Positions 13,253 to 25,883 of a DNA stretch of 64,000 nucleotides are shown piece after piece; position 1 is the first letter of the stretch, and each line of letters opens with the position of its first letter. Made by a program: the position numbers and the translations under genes. Source of the DNA: Takakia lepidozioides (lineage: Eukaryota > Plantae > Bryophyta); NCBI GenBank assembly GCA_030704615.1, contig CM060731.1, forward strand, positions 41,044,001-41,108,000, read 5' to 3'. Below the pieces are notes generated by a model that saw nothing but the letters and a program-made list of their open reading frames with translations, was not told the origin of the DNA and did not search any database.

Positions 13253-13307
<55 letters not shown>
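13219..13307. repeat. Compound (TA)n/(TG)n microsatellite
   Basis: Directly visible. Confidence 0.95.
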
Positions 13308-13310
<3 letters not shown>

Positions 13311-14347
13311 AATGGGTATCTTCATATTATTTTTAGTTTTTTGAAGAAACCTGAGCGAAAAAAAACAAAACAAGAAAAAAAAAACTGAGCAACGGCTTTA
13401 AGCCCTTGAGGGTGAAAATGAACCCCCTTTTGAGTCTTGAGGCAAACTGGGATATAGCCCCTTAACCCCAAGGCAGACAAACCGTAAGGGATTGAATACC
13501 AGACCCAGTACAGACCAATGCACAACTTGATCGGCAAAGACAAAGTCCCAACATTCATATTCTCTTTTTTTTTTGGTTACTAAGTCACGTCATCTTCATA
13601 GAGAAGATCAGAGTCTTCAGTTGTGGGCTTGGGTTGGAAGCTCCCCCATCATCCCAGCCCATCCAACTTCCAAAATCATCTTTGCATAGTAGCCATCTCT
13701 GATGGTCAAGAGTCTCCCAATTGAGGTGAAACCACACTTGTCAACTTGTATTGATGTGTGACATGTGCTTGTGTTTAACAAGTGGAAGGGATGAGCGAGT
13801 GGCAATCTGGGATTTTGACCATGGACACCGAATAAATAGACTAGTTGATGCCAGTGGAGAGAAGAGACCTTTATTCAATCGGTCACATTTTTAATAAAGA
13901 ATAAGCTCTTCATAGGGTACAAGCTTGGAAAAAAGATCTCCAATTCCAACTCCACATGTAATGTATCCGAACGTTCATCCACATGTACAAACGTTCATTT
14001 TTGTCCCTATATTTGCAGCTTTTCGTGTTATGCCCTGGAGCCATGGGCTCGGGCCCGTAATTTCAGATTACAGACAGGTGAGGTTTTTCTCAAAGTCTTA
14101 AATTCAGTTTTCACTCAATTTCAATCAATAAAATGGATTGTCATTGAATAATCGCGAAGCTGGAGCACCTACGAGCTTTACAGATCACTGCACAACCTGG
14201 AGACTGTCGGCGACCATCCTTGCCAACTGTGCAGTTACCCAGATGGGCGATTATGTGTTCTCTTGGTTCAGTATAAGTGTCTCATTCTTTCTGAGTTGTA
14301 TAATCTATGGGCATCACGAGAGACTGACTGTGGCAGACTCACTCAAT

Positions 14348-15370
14348 TCATGAGTGTGCAGGCCAAGCTCTAACCAGATGTAGATCTGGTACTAGGCCAT
14401 GGTATGTCTGCTGTTGGAACCTATGAGGTGCAGTGTCCTCATAAGGTAGAAATTCCTGAGTTGTCTGGTCAATTGAATCATCAAGGTTGTTCCTGGGCCG
14501 GCCGAAATTCTGACGTATATACTCCCGAGAACCTCCTGCATAAGGGCTGATATCCTCCTCAGTTTCTTGGTCATCCAAATCATCAACCTCAAGGTTGTCC
14601 CTCTGATCCTGATACTCCCACCAAGGATTCTCGAAGCGAGGTAGAAATTCCTCAATCGAATCATCAAGGTTGTTCCTGGGCCGGCCGAAATTCTGATGTA
14701 TATACTCCCGAGAACTTCCTGCATAAGGTCTGATATCCTCCTTAGTTTCTTGGTCATCTGAATCATCAACCTCAAGGTTGTCCCTCTGATCCTGATACTC
14801 CCAACGAGGATTCTCCCAGCGAGGTAGTCTGATATCCTCCTCAGTAGAGCTGGTACTAGGCCCTGGTATGTCGGCTGCTGGATCCTCAGGTGCAGTATCC
14901 TCATCGTCCTCATAGTCATCATAATCCACTAACTCACCGAGGTTAAGGCTGTCTACTAGAGCCTGATACTCCTCAGGAGTTAAAATTCTGCCCATATCAT
15001 CCTCATTTGTCAGGTCGTCCGAATCCTGATCTTGCCCCCAATCAACCTCGTCATGTTCAGGCTCGGGCTCGGGCTCGGGCTCAGGGATCCAGGGCCCATC
15101 TGGGCAAGGTGGAATTATAAGTGTTGAGTCAACGTGACTCAACCGCTCTGGCGCTGAGGTTGGGCGCAGATGTTCTCGGCCACGGATTGGATATATTGGA
15201 CTGTTATCTCCAATACCTTGCCTACAAACTGGGCATACTCTTGGGACGTGTGGCATACCACGGAAGCACCACCGATAGATGCACTCCCAGCAAAATAAAT
15301 GGCCGCACGAAGTAACAACTGGATCCCAAGTTGCCTCTTCCATGCAGATTTTGCATTCAAACTGCGCCAT
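14348..15370 (-). CDS. Single-exon C3HC4 RING E3 ligase (RNF5/RMA-like RING) with acidic, internally duplicated C-terminus
   Basis: ATG at 15370: MAQFECKICMEEATWDPVVTSCGHLFCWECIYRW..CPVC..IYPIRGR. The ORF-track start at 15421 is TTG. Confidence 0.75.
   Translation of the reverse strand: MAQFECKICMEEATWDPVVTSCGHLFCWECIYRWCFRGMPHVPRVCPVCRQGIGDNSPIYPIRGREHLRPTSAPERLSHVDSTLIIPPCPDGPWIPEPEPEPEPEHDEVDWGQDQDSDDLTNEDDMGRILTPEEYQALVDSLNLGELVDYDDYEDDEDTAPEDPAADIPGPSTSSTEEDIRLPRWENPRWEYQDQRDNLEVDDSDDQETKEDIRPYAGSSREYIHQNFGRPRNNLDDSIEEFLPRFENPWWEYQDQRDNLEVDDLDDQETEEDISPYAGGSREYIRQNFGRPRNNLDDSIDQTTQEFLPYEDTAPHRFQQQTYHGLVPDLHLVRAWPAHS
14445..14825 (-). repeat. 183-bp (61-aa) tandem duplication within the RING gene
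   Basis: RWENPRWEYQDQRDNLEVDD...NNLDDSIEEFLP followed by RFENPWWEYQDQRDNLEVDD...NNLDDSI. Confidence 0.9.
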
Positions 15371-15605
15371 GGCCCTGGCGTTGTGCAATCCGGAAATAAC
15401 GATCCTAGTGCCCTGCACCAATGCTGTTGACCAGTCATAACAAACTAGGAACGGACATATAAATCAAGAACAACTTTTGAAGAAGGGATGCCCATACACC
15501 AGAAAAGATGAGAGGAGAGAAAGCTAGACCCATCTTGATCAGATAGTCCATTAAAGTTACAAATAAGGACTTATACATGTCAAATTAACAGTTAGATGTT
15601 ACTTG

Positions 15606-16756
15606 TGTTAAATTTATGGAGAGATAGACTTGTAATTGATAATGAAGAAGATGGTACAATAGTGAGCGTGTGCTCACTTTAAGACATGTGAACAGTCATG
15701 ATTATTGATATAACCAATAGGTCTAAATCACGCACATCACAACTCTTTGTCTAAGAGTTGTGTCCCTCAAGATTCACCATATGACATGTTGAATGTTAGA
15801 ATTGACTTCCAACACCCTCCCTCAAGAAAACATTCAAGAGTCTAAATTACGAAAGCCCTGTTTTTGTCCAACAATGCTATTAAAGCATATTCACATCATT
15901 TTAATCTTTGATTAAATGATATGTATAGAGTTGTTGGCGTTGGCCAACGACCTCTAGCATGTGCTCCCTTGGTCGAACTGAGATTTCGTTCACATCAAGG
16001 TGAAATCGTTATTGTGACCAGCTTGTTGTCAATTAGTCAGAGATAGCTTGATTTTCAAACATAAGTTCTTGTTGGAGAAATTACTCATTTGAAGTTCAAA
16101 TGCACCAATACTAAATAGCACTTGATGTTATTGGGATGACACCTTAGATCTCTTCTTTAGGTTGATGCCACATGAAGGTTTTGAAACAAGTTTGTTGGAA
16201 CTCCAAGCATCATTAACAATATAATTGTCATGCTTGAAACACACTTTAAAATGTTTGGCCATTAGACTCAATTGTCTCCCTGACTTCTTTGCATGTTTTT
16301 CACCATGAATATTCGTTCGTGGGCTTCTTTGCCTAGGAATAATGTTCACCACATTTAGGTGCATATTATATTAATGCAAAGTTTCGTTTATGTATAACAT
16401 GTTTTAGATCATAAAGACCTTAGATCTTCTTTGATAGTTGGTTGACTATCATATCTACTAGTATTGTACAATACTAGCATGATAATCTTAATTAGTCGAC
16501 TCTCATTAGATTTCTATGGATCGGTTGAGCACTAGCTCTGATACCATGTTAAATTTACGGAGAGAGAGACTTGTAGTTGATATTGAAGAAGATGTTACAA
16601 TAGTGAGCGTGTGCTCACTTTAAGACATGTGAACAATCATGACTATTAATATAACCAATAGGTCTAAATCACGCACATCACAATTCTTTGTCTAAGAGTT
16701 GTGTCCCTTCAAGATTCACCATATGACATGTTGAATGTTAGAATTGACTTCCAACA
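15606..16756 (-). mobile_element. Non-autonomous LTR element (TRIM-like, ~1.15 kb)
   Basis: ~210-bp TG..CA LTRs at 15606-15814 and 16547-16756 (about ten differences). tRNA-iMet PBS TGGTATCAGAGCT at 16534-16546 (-), PPT GAGGGAGGG at 15815-15823 (-). Non-coding interior; no matching TSD. Confidence 0.92.
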
Positions 16757-17444
16757 TGATAGTCAAGCAACTATCAAAGAAGATTTAATTAGGTCTTCAT
16801 GATCTAAAACATATTATATATAAAACCAAACTTTGCATCAATATAGTATATCATAAGCACCTAAATGTGGTGAATATTATTCCTAGGCAAGAAGCCTACT
16901 CACGAAGGAATATTCATGGTGAAAAACATGCAAAAAAGTCATGGAGACAATTGAGTCTAATGGCCATTTCAATCATTTTAAAGTGTCATTCAAGCATGTA
17001 ACAATTTATATTGTTAATAATGCTTGGAGTTCCCACAAACTTGTTTTAGAACCTTCATAGAGTTATGTCACAAGGCATTAACTTAAAGAAGAGATCTAAG
17101 GTCATCCCAATAGTACCACTATTGGTGCATTTGAACTTCAAATAAAACAATTTCTCCAACGAGAACTTCTATTTGAAAATCAGACTATCTGACTAATTGA
17201 TAGCAAGCTGGTCACAACAACGACTTCCACTTGGACGTGAATGAAGTCTCAGTTCGACCAAGGGAGCATCACATGCTAGAGGACGTTGGCCAACGCCAAC
17301 AACTCAATACATCTCAATCAAAAGTAAAATTATGTGAATATGTTTTAATAGCATATGTTGGACAAAAATAGGGCCTTCATAATTTAAACTCTTGAATGTT
17401 TTCATTGAAAGAGGGTGTTGGAAGTCAATTCTAACATTCAACAT
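16757..17444 (+). mobile_element. Inverted partial second copy of the same LTR element (interior, PPT and start of LTR)
   Basis: Reverse complement of ~15786-16452; ends GAAAGAGGG-TGTTGGAAGTCAATTCTAACATTCAACAT. Confidence 0.88.
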
Positions 17445-17848
17445 AGATTACAAATAACGTTGGGCACACCCAACAAGGTAGCAAGATTTGAATACTATGC
17501 CCTTGTCGCATTCTATGAGAACACATCATGTACACTTGTATTGTTAAACACTTCCCGCCCATCCTTCATGCTCCACATTTGCCAGAGATGTTGACAAGGA
17601 TATTCTCCAAACTTAAGCATGATGAAATTCGAGCTTTGACAATGTCAACACATACTTGTTTGTCCTCCTCCACTCCTAGGCTGGCATAGGCACTAAGAAC
17701 ACAAATAAAGGTGACCATGTTTGGTGTCACTCCTCCATGTTGCATTTGCTTGTAGATATTGAAAGCCTGTGTATCACACCCATGCTGAGCATATCCTCCA
17801 ATCTTAATATTCCATGATATTTCCTACAAGGAATATATAGAGCGTGGT

Positions 17849-20800
17849 CACTACAGCAAATGGGGGGGGGGTTTGCGACGCCAGCCGTGCCCCCACGCCC
17901 TGCGCGGCGCCGAGCGTGCGACGCCAACCCTGCGGAGCCTTTTTGTGAAGCCGGGCCGTCACAACCAAACCCCGCGGGTCGCCACCTGGCATCGGGGCCA
18001 GGCGGCGACGCCTGGCCGTCGCACGGGTGGATGAAGGGCAGAAGACAGCCCTTCCGTGCGACGCCCACGCATCGCCCCCCAGCGAAGGTAGAAGGCAGCC
18101 CTTTCTGGCGACAACTGGCCGTCGCCAGCGGAAAAAGATAGCCCTTTTTTGCCTTTTCTTTCATCGCAGCCCTTATTTGCGACGCTCGGCCGTCGCATGG
18201 TGGCATGAATAGCAAAAGGCCTTGGCATCGCAAACAGCCCGGCTGCCCTATTCTTACCAAAAAAAAAAAAAAAAGGTCGCAGTATGTGATTTTTATATGT
18301 CCAGTGAGCTCAATGATGATGCACTAATTAGGTTTTGGCTAATGAGTTGCAAGTACGAAATCCCCTTTACCATAGACCAGCTCGAATCTAGTTTGAATTC
18401 GAGCCGCGCACAATGTGGCATGCTCACTCAAATCGATGCCTGTAGTACATATCACTTAGTGCAAATTTTGTTCCAAAAACTCTGGATACTACCACATGTG
18501 TAGCGTTAATTTCATGTAGGAACTCATCAGACGAGGATTCAGACGCACAGTGTGTCAGAGCTCATCAATCTTGCATCCGAATTGCGTCAGAGATCAGAAG
18601 TTTAATGTAAAGTCTTAAAGCAATAATAAACATGAAATTAGTACACTCACCTGATACAATGGCAGCCAACATGATATGGCTTTTTTAATTGAAAGATACG
18701 GAGGGATGTTGTAATTCACCATGGTCACCGGCCAAGTGGAATGACTACATGACTGGACAGAGAATGGGTTGACCCCATCCGAGGAGAAGCCGAGGTGGAC
18801 ATGTCGTGGGTCCTCTAAGAGAAAAGGCCACATCTCTTCAATATGCCTCCATGCTTGTGAATCTTGTGGCCCACACACCTTTCCCGAGGGGCTCCGATGC
18901 GAGGTGTGCCATCTCATGAGTCTGGTTAATTCGGGGCTTGTCGTCGCCGTTTGTGACCCCCGGCTTCATAAATCCAAAAAAATGCGTCACAGTTCGCGAC
19001 GCGTGGGGGTCGCAGGTAGCGATGGCAGGGCTTTCTAGGTTTAAGTTTAGGGCCTTTGGGGGTTCTTTGTTTTTTTTGTTTTTTTTTTCATATGATACTG
19101 GGGTAAGGTGTTTGTTTTTCTTTATGGTTTAGTTTGTTGTTGTGGATCTTCTTGTAGATTGTGACATTCATTTTGATATTCTCTTGATACCACATCTGTA
19201 TGTGTTGCTCCAACATATTCATTGCCTCTGCCTTTTTTTTTTTGAAAGACTACCAGCCACAACCATATTTGATCAAACATAGAAATAAGCTACAATATGC
19301 ATGTACATGTACAATCAATCGAATGGATGGGTATAGTTTGGTACGAGAATTGTTATGTAGCTTTGATTTTGTGTCTAATCAACTTGAACATCATCATCCG
19401 GAGCTTCTTCATCCTCATCAAGCTGCAAGTTTTCTTGGTCATCGGATCATCGTCATAAATGGCCCGGTCCTCAAAAGGCACCTCCAAATCATCCTCCACC
19501 TCGTTGTCAATGGTCGTGTCTTCATCTCCTTCTCCAACATCCGTATCTTCTGGAACTTCATCATATAGGGTCCGGGATGCATTGTCCGGGGCGTCATCAT
19601 CATCTTCTACCCCCTCTACCCAACCTCCATCATCAGCATCATTATGACCAGTCTCTCCGTCCACCCCTCCTCTTCCTTCCACATCCGAGGGGCTTCCTCA
19701 TCCACCCTTGTCATGTACTCCGTGCAATAGAACATAACTTCTTGTAACGTATACCCCTCCACCATGCTACCCTCCGGGTGCGTCATTTGTCTTACAAATC
19801 CTTTCAAAGTCTTCATATAACGCTCAATGAAGTACATCCACCGAGAATGAACGGGGCCGACAATCGAAGCCTCTTCCACTAAGTGCACTACCAAGTGCAC
19901 TTGGATGTCAAAGAAGGAGAGAGAAAGGTGCATCTCCAACATACACATTACCTCCGCCGTCTCCTTCTTCATGCGTGGAAAATCCACTTCCTCCAACTCT
20001 TTGGTGCAAATCCACCGGAACAAGCCTCCCAATCTATAGATTGTCTCACGATCCTCGGGAGTCAATGTCCTACGTACTGCAATGGGCAAGATGTCTTGCA
20101 ATAGATTGTGGTAGTCATGAGACTTCAAACCATGGACCCGTCTTCTTCGCTGACCTTCGTACGGAGGGATGACCCATAACCAGCTGGTGTTTGGACAGCA
20201 CTTATGGTGGCTATCATTTTCTTGTATTCCTCCTTTGTCCATTGCCAAGGTGCGCGCCTATATTTCCACCGTACAACACCCTTTGGGTCCACACCATTTT
20301 GTTCGGCCCATAGATGGCGCATGCGACCCTGCTCCTCAAGTTCTTTTCTAACACCGAAAGAATCTCCTTTGCAGCCACTCCCTTCTTTGCCAGCGTGCCA
20401 TGAAGAACCCGAAAAAGAGACGAGCAGACATTCTTCTCAATATGCATGGGATCTAGAAGATAGGTCCTACATATATCCCCACCCACAAATACTTATATAA
20501 ATTTTTTTACGTGGAAGTGACAATGCAACGCATACCAAATGTGCAATATCACATGCATGCATAGGGATTTGACAGTGTTTTTATGGAATATGTACAACCC
20601 AATATGGCAATTCATAGAAGATTGAAAATCGTTTCATGCCGGGCAAGTCCACTTCACCGTCCGTGCCCGCAAGAGCCTCCTTCAATCGGTCCTCCCAAAA
20701 CTGCCCGGACGGTGTCATAGGGGGGGGGGACGTACTTCCTCTTTGCCATCAAACAAGTGTTTCTCTCTTCTTCTCCATCGATGGCTCAAATTTGCGGTAG

Positions 20801-20870
20801 TTGGGATACACCATCTTGTGAAGATGGCAGGAACTATGTGCATCAAGATCATCGCCACAATGCAAGCAAC
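17849..20870 (-). mobile_element. CACTA (En/Spm) transposon: one terminus with subterminal repeats and a fragmented TnpD/Tnp2-type transposase
   Basis: CACTACAGCAAA at 17849 followed by many GCGACG/CGTCGC repeats. Transposase_21 piece DSQAWRHIEE..LGFSSDGVNPF..STWPV..NYNIPP (18615-18917); YLLDPMHIEKNV (20214-20486); GLKSHDYH..FFDIQVHLVVHL..GPVHSRWMYFIERYMKTLK..HPEGSMVEGY (DUF4218 region, 19616-20248). Opposite TIR not found. Confidence 0.9.
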
Positions 20871-21402
20871 TTTATTTTAACTAATTCTGGACTTTTGTTT
20901 GGTCCAGAAATAATACAAGATATATGAATAATTATAATATATAATAGAAATAAAGAGATATATCTATAATTATTTGACTATTTGTACACTATATAAAAAC
21001 AAATTATATAATCCTCCACACATTCTATGCAAAAATACAAGTATGTATTATGGTCTTAGATGAACATCCACTGCCAAGTTGATGTTCATTAAAATGAATG
21101 GGAGGATGCAATGAATCAAACAATGATGAGAGCTCCGATATCCAAAATTACATACACAAACAAACATAGAACAATGGCAGAACCAAATATGAAACAATGA
21201 TGGCATGTGATGAAGAGGACAATATGGGAAAACGAGTCTGTCAGGACCTGATTGATGATATGAAACATTCATATTTTATTTGAAACTATATCATTCAAGG
21301 CGATGGACCAACAGAAAAATGAATGTCAATTGTCCATCCATTCATGGACTTAATGCCATATAAGCCATAGATTCTGAAGCCATAGAACCCTTATGGCTTA
21401 TA

Positions 21403-22572
21403 CTAACTCATTAATAATACTGAGCCTCCTCCCAAACGGCTCGCAGTCAAGGCATGTGTCCGAAGACGCCTCTGGTTACCACGGCCACTTGCAACAATCT
21501 CCGCACCAGAGGACATGAAGATACTTTCAGGAAGGTGAAACCGGCTGACATTGTCATCTGAAATGTTACTGCCAACTCTACTTGATGCCCTTGAAGCCTC
21601 CTGGCACGCCCGCCATTCTTCCCAATCACGTAGCTCTTGTTCATCTTTTAGAATTCGTTCCTTGAATGTAATTGGGGACAAGCGATTGAAATGATAAATG
21701 TTAGACCCAAAGTGGAAGTTTTGCATATGGATTTTTTGAGGTAAGAGTGCAAATGCAAATGCAAAAGAATTGGAAAATCAAATCCTGAACAAACAACAGA
21801 ACAGTGGGATCTACGTGCCTACCAAGGTAATCAAGTTCTTTTTGTTGTGGGATCCAAACACGAGGATCAAGATATCTTCCATACCAGGCCCAGCAGACAT
21901 GGTCTCGACCAATAGGCTTATGAGAACATTTTGCTCGATTCTCGCTAATGTAATCAACGATTGTTGAAGCTCCAGCCATCTCCGATATAAAAGGCCACAC
22001 TGCTTTTGTCATATCATCCCGGTCATGCAAGCCGTTTGGTGAAGGCTTGAATGAGAAATGGAAGAATCCAGTATTTTGTGGGTTTTGCAGGCCCTTTGAT
22101 GGCTCATCATCTACAAGAAATATTTGCCCCTGCGTAGCAAACGGTCTACCAGGGTACCTAACAATAACATTTCGAATATCCTTCACAAGATATTTCATCT
22201 CGGGCCTGATATAACCGGTGGTATCCTTACAATCCTCAGCAGACCATATGAAGCAAAACTTCTTCGCTATTTTCGTGGGGACGAAGCTCTCCAATATCCT
22301 ACAAAGAACACCTCTATCAGCACATGACCAAATGGCCACGTGAAAATGCTTCAATGCAAGGTCTAGAAACTCCAAGACTCCAGGACGAGGCACCACAAAT
22401 GGTCTGTCAGGAACTTGAAGTGTCACAATTCTGAAACGAAATTTCTCCTTAAATAGTTCACCGCCGGTTGGGGGTGGCCGATAACAGAGGAGTCCGTTGA
22501 CACTCAAAATTAACAACATCCGTTTCCTCTTCCCCGCTGTTGCATGTAAAGGATGAGAGACAAAGTTATCCT
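21403..22572 (-). CDS. FCP1/NIF-like (HAD-fold) phosphatase-domain gene, probably CACTA-associated; catalytic Asp replaced
   Basis: KRKRMLLILSVNGLL..RPGVLEFLDLALKHFHVAIWSCA..FCFIWSAEDC..VKDIRNV..IFLVDDEPSKGLQNPQN. Acceptor near 22572; probable further exons ~21660-21403 and ~23340-22770. Confidence 0.75.
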
Positions 22573-25500
22573 GAGCAGGTTAATCACCACTGACATTAGT
22601 GTTTCTGCCATGAAAATACCCATGACCCAGAATGATTGAGTGTATAGAAGATCAACACGATTGTGTAGAAAATGGCAAAATCTTGCACAATGTTGTAGGC
22701 TTGGAATGTTTCAAGAGGAGGGTTAATATTGCTAAGAAGAGGAATGTTGACTGCCAAGTGGATGTTCAAGAAAGTACCTTGTACGGAGGGAAATTGATGA
22801 AGGTATCGTGCTGCATCCCCGCCTGTTGAGAAAAGATGGAGTTAATTAGTGCATAACCAAACGAACAGAAAAGAGAAGAAAGTGGAGAAATGATATCGAA
22901 TAATACCGATGTTGCCTTATTAAAAAGTCTCGCTGGCGGGCTTGGGATCCTAACGGACGTGTTTTGACGAGACCCCGGTATGTCCGAGGTATTCATTTTC
23001 TTCCTCGAGTCTGCTTTGTCTCTGAAGAGGGACTTCTCTCCGGTGGAACCGATTTATAGAAGAGACGGAAATGGTTTGGGGGCCCTATTCCACTTCCTTG
23101 GTGCAGAACATTGCGCCAACACTACAGGGTCGGGAAGCCGAGAAGTTGCAATTGAAATTTCGTCCTCGTTCTCGTCCAAAGGGTTGCGGAGAAGGGAAAC
23201 GGAATGGAAATTGTCCCTTAAGCACTCCACATCCTGAATGGAATTCACACTTAACGAAGGGATTACCTCGGAACAGATTTCCAATGAAGATGTCGTTTGA
23301 CGGGAATGTCACAATCCGCAGATTTTCTGGCCTGGAGTAAAACAAGAACATCAGATCAAGTACTAAGGAGACAGAGAATGAAGCAGAAATGAAGCAAACA
23401 ACGAAGCAGACAATGAAACAGAAACCTAATGTACACCGAAGCACGGACTGAAGCACTGAAGCAGAGATGAGAGTGCACAGAAGAATGAAGCAGGATCCAA
23501 ACGAATTGAATTGAGAGCAGGCCATATGAATTGAGAACATGCCAACACATGACTTAAGAACGGGCCAACACAAAACATGAAACATAAGACAAAAAGAGGG
23601 AGTTTTCAATGCTGTACCTGCTTGTGCCGGCCATTTTGGTGCCCCTGCAACCACAATCCTTCGTTTGATACTCTCTTCCGCACCTCGGCCTGCCGGTAAT
23701 TGCACTGTGCTCTCGCCTCTGCACTCGTCAATCTCCACTCGCCACTGTCCTGTCTCTCCTCCCCACTCTTCAAATTTCACCTATTTCACTCTCTCACCTT
23801 TCACCCTCTGCTCTCTGTGCACTCGGCCAAATCTGCTCTCTTTCTCTCCACGCTCCAGTGTACAGTCGCTACAAAACGCGCTCCAAAACTCTTCCCTTTC
23901 ACGCTCTCCTCTCTCAACAGTCAAGCTCCCACTAACGCAGCGCTTACGCGTAGAAAATATGAAGCCCAAAGGTTGGGCTCAAAGAGCGCACCCCTTATAA
24001 ATGACCTTCAAGAATGATCTGAACCATCGCCTCCGTCCGAAATCGAACGGTCGCGCAGCCCAAATGGATGTTCTGCCCCATCCACGCAAACTAACATTAA
24101 TACTGTCCATCCACACACATGAAATTAGTTCAACTTTTGTTCCAAATTGAATGACGAATGCACACATGTTTAGACAGACAACTCGACAGACGAATGAAAA
24201 AATGACGAAATGACTGTAATGACGCCATTGGTCAGACTCTGCAAGTTGCAACCCTCACGCTTACAAAAATCTTAAAATAGATTCAAAGCCGCCAAACCTT
24301 AACCCACACCCCAAACGCACATGTGACCACCCACGTGACACGCCTAGGCAGTCGTTTCGAACTCAATCTGCCAGAGGACATAACACTGTACCTACGGATT
24401 CGTCACATTGTATAATCATTGTCTCATTATGAGCCGTCCACAATCACTTTCGGCTGTTAGCCGCCAGGCGTCAATTTTCCCTGACAACACTCGCAAGTGC
24501 CATTTGACATACGGCTTTAAGGATAGTATATGGCCCCTCGTGTCGGGCATTCCTCGATTTAAGGTCCAGAGCCAACATAGGGACTGCCCATTTATCGAGG
24601 GATACCCAGCACGAGGGGTCCATCCCTACATTAAACATGTGCAAGCAAACAACACACGATAGAGTATTCCGCACACCTGAAATGCTCCGCCCTCGCTGTC
24701 CAATGCAATGCGCTGGCATGTAATGCCCCGCCCTGCCCAAATGTTGTATTCACTGTAACAAAAAAAATCTCAAAGTGCTTTATGGTTCACCTCCGGATTC
24801 CTCCTAGCTAATTATAATGATCGATTGTTAATGTGCAGTCCAGAATTAGTTGTGGCGATTAGCCGCATGACTTCATTTGTCCAGGCCACTTGTCAGAATC
24901 GACATCCTTCACGCTTATTCCAGAGTCTGCTGTCAGAGCCGCACGATAATGATGCCAGATATGTAATCCTACTAACGGACAAGTACGATAGAATTCAGTC
25001 TGATCGTGGCCGTTATCGTTTGTTCCATAATTGATGTGACAATGGCTGCTGTCAATAAATGGAAAATTGTGCACACTTTCAATGAAGCCGTGATTTCGCG
25101 AGTTGAAATAAGCCGTTCGATTCCGCCTTAATCCACGGTGTCCACAATCGATCCGGGAGAGAAAGCATACCACACTGCCATTGGAGCGATTCAAAGATGA
25201 AAGTTACTTGTCACCTCTATATAACATCCGACTCCACACAGCACCAACTTCCTACTGTGAACCTCTCACTTGCTTCTTTTCTCTCACGCACCTCTCTGGA
25301 CATCCTGCACCTCTCTAGACAACGTGTACCTCTTTGCCTGTCCTGCACCACTCTGCCCATAGGGTACTTCTGAAGCAGCCTGTGAGTCTCTCCCTGCTTC
25401 CTTAGTCTCGGGTGTCAACTGCACATTTCTCACAAATGATAGTATAATACTCATTTTTTTGTGTACTCTTCATGTGCACCAGCTAAACTTGCTTTTGTTT

Positions 25501-25589
25501 GTCTAAAGTTACTCCCAAACCTCCATTGGGCAGTCGCCACATTATTATTCATCCATCCATAGAATCAATTTTTCATCAACAGATATCAT

Positions 25590-25883
25590 CCAACCTCCAC
25601 TGTCCAGTGGAGGTTGGCATTTGTGACTTCATCTGACAGTTCAGATAGATGTAGTCTATACTCCGCCCTCATACTCCACTTTAATTCCAATTGTTTTTCA
25701 TCAGTTCCAGTATAGATCCAAACATTGACTTTACTTTTTCAGACCATATTGTTTTTCTGATTCAAAACCGTCGAAAAAGTTATATTTAAAGTTTCTCCTT
25801 TCGGTGGCACGACGTTCTTTCCTTCAGTTAATCTTCCGTCCTGTAATAGGATTTTACTGAACCTCCACTGCCCAGTGGAGGTT
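25590..25883. repeat. Two copies of a perfect palindrome AACCTCCACTG-NN-CAGTGGAGGTT
   Basis: 25590-25617 (13-bp arms) and 25860-25883 (11-bp arms). Confidence 0.85.

Noticed and set aside
13182-13388. YIYI/HTHT ORFs
   Set aside because: Microsatellite translations.
17727-18260. Several overlapping ORFs
   Set aside because: By-products of GC-rich CACTA subterminal repeats.
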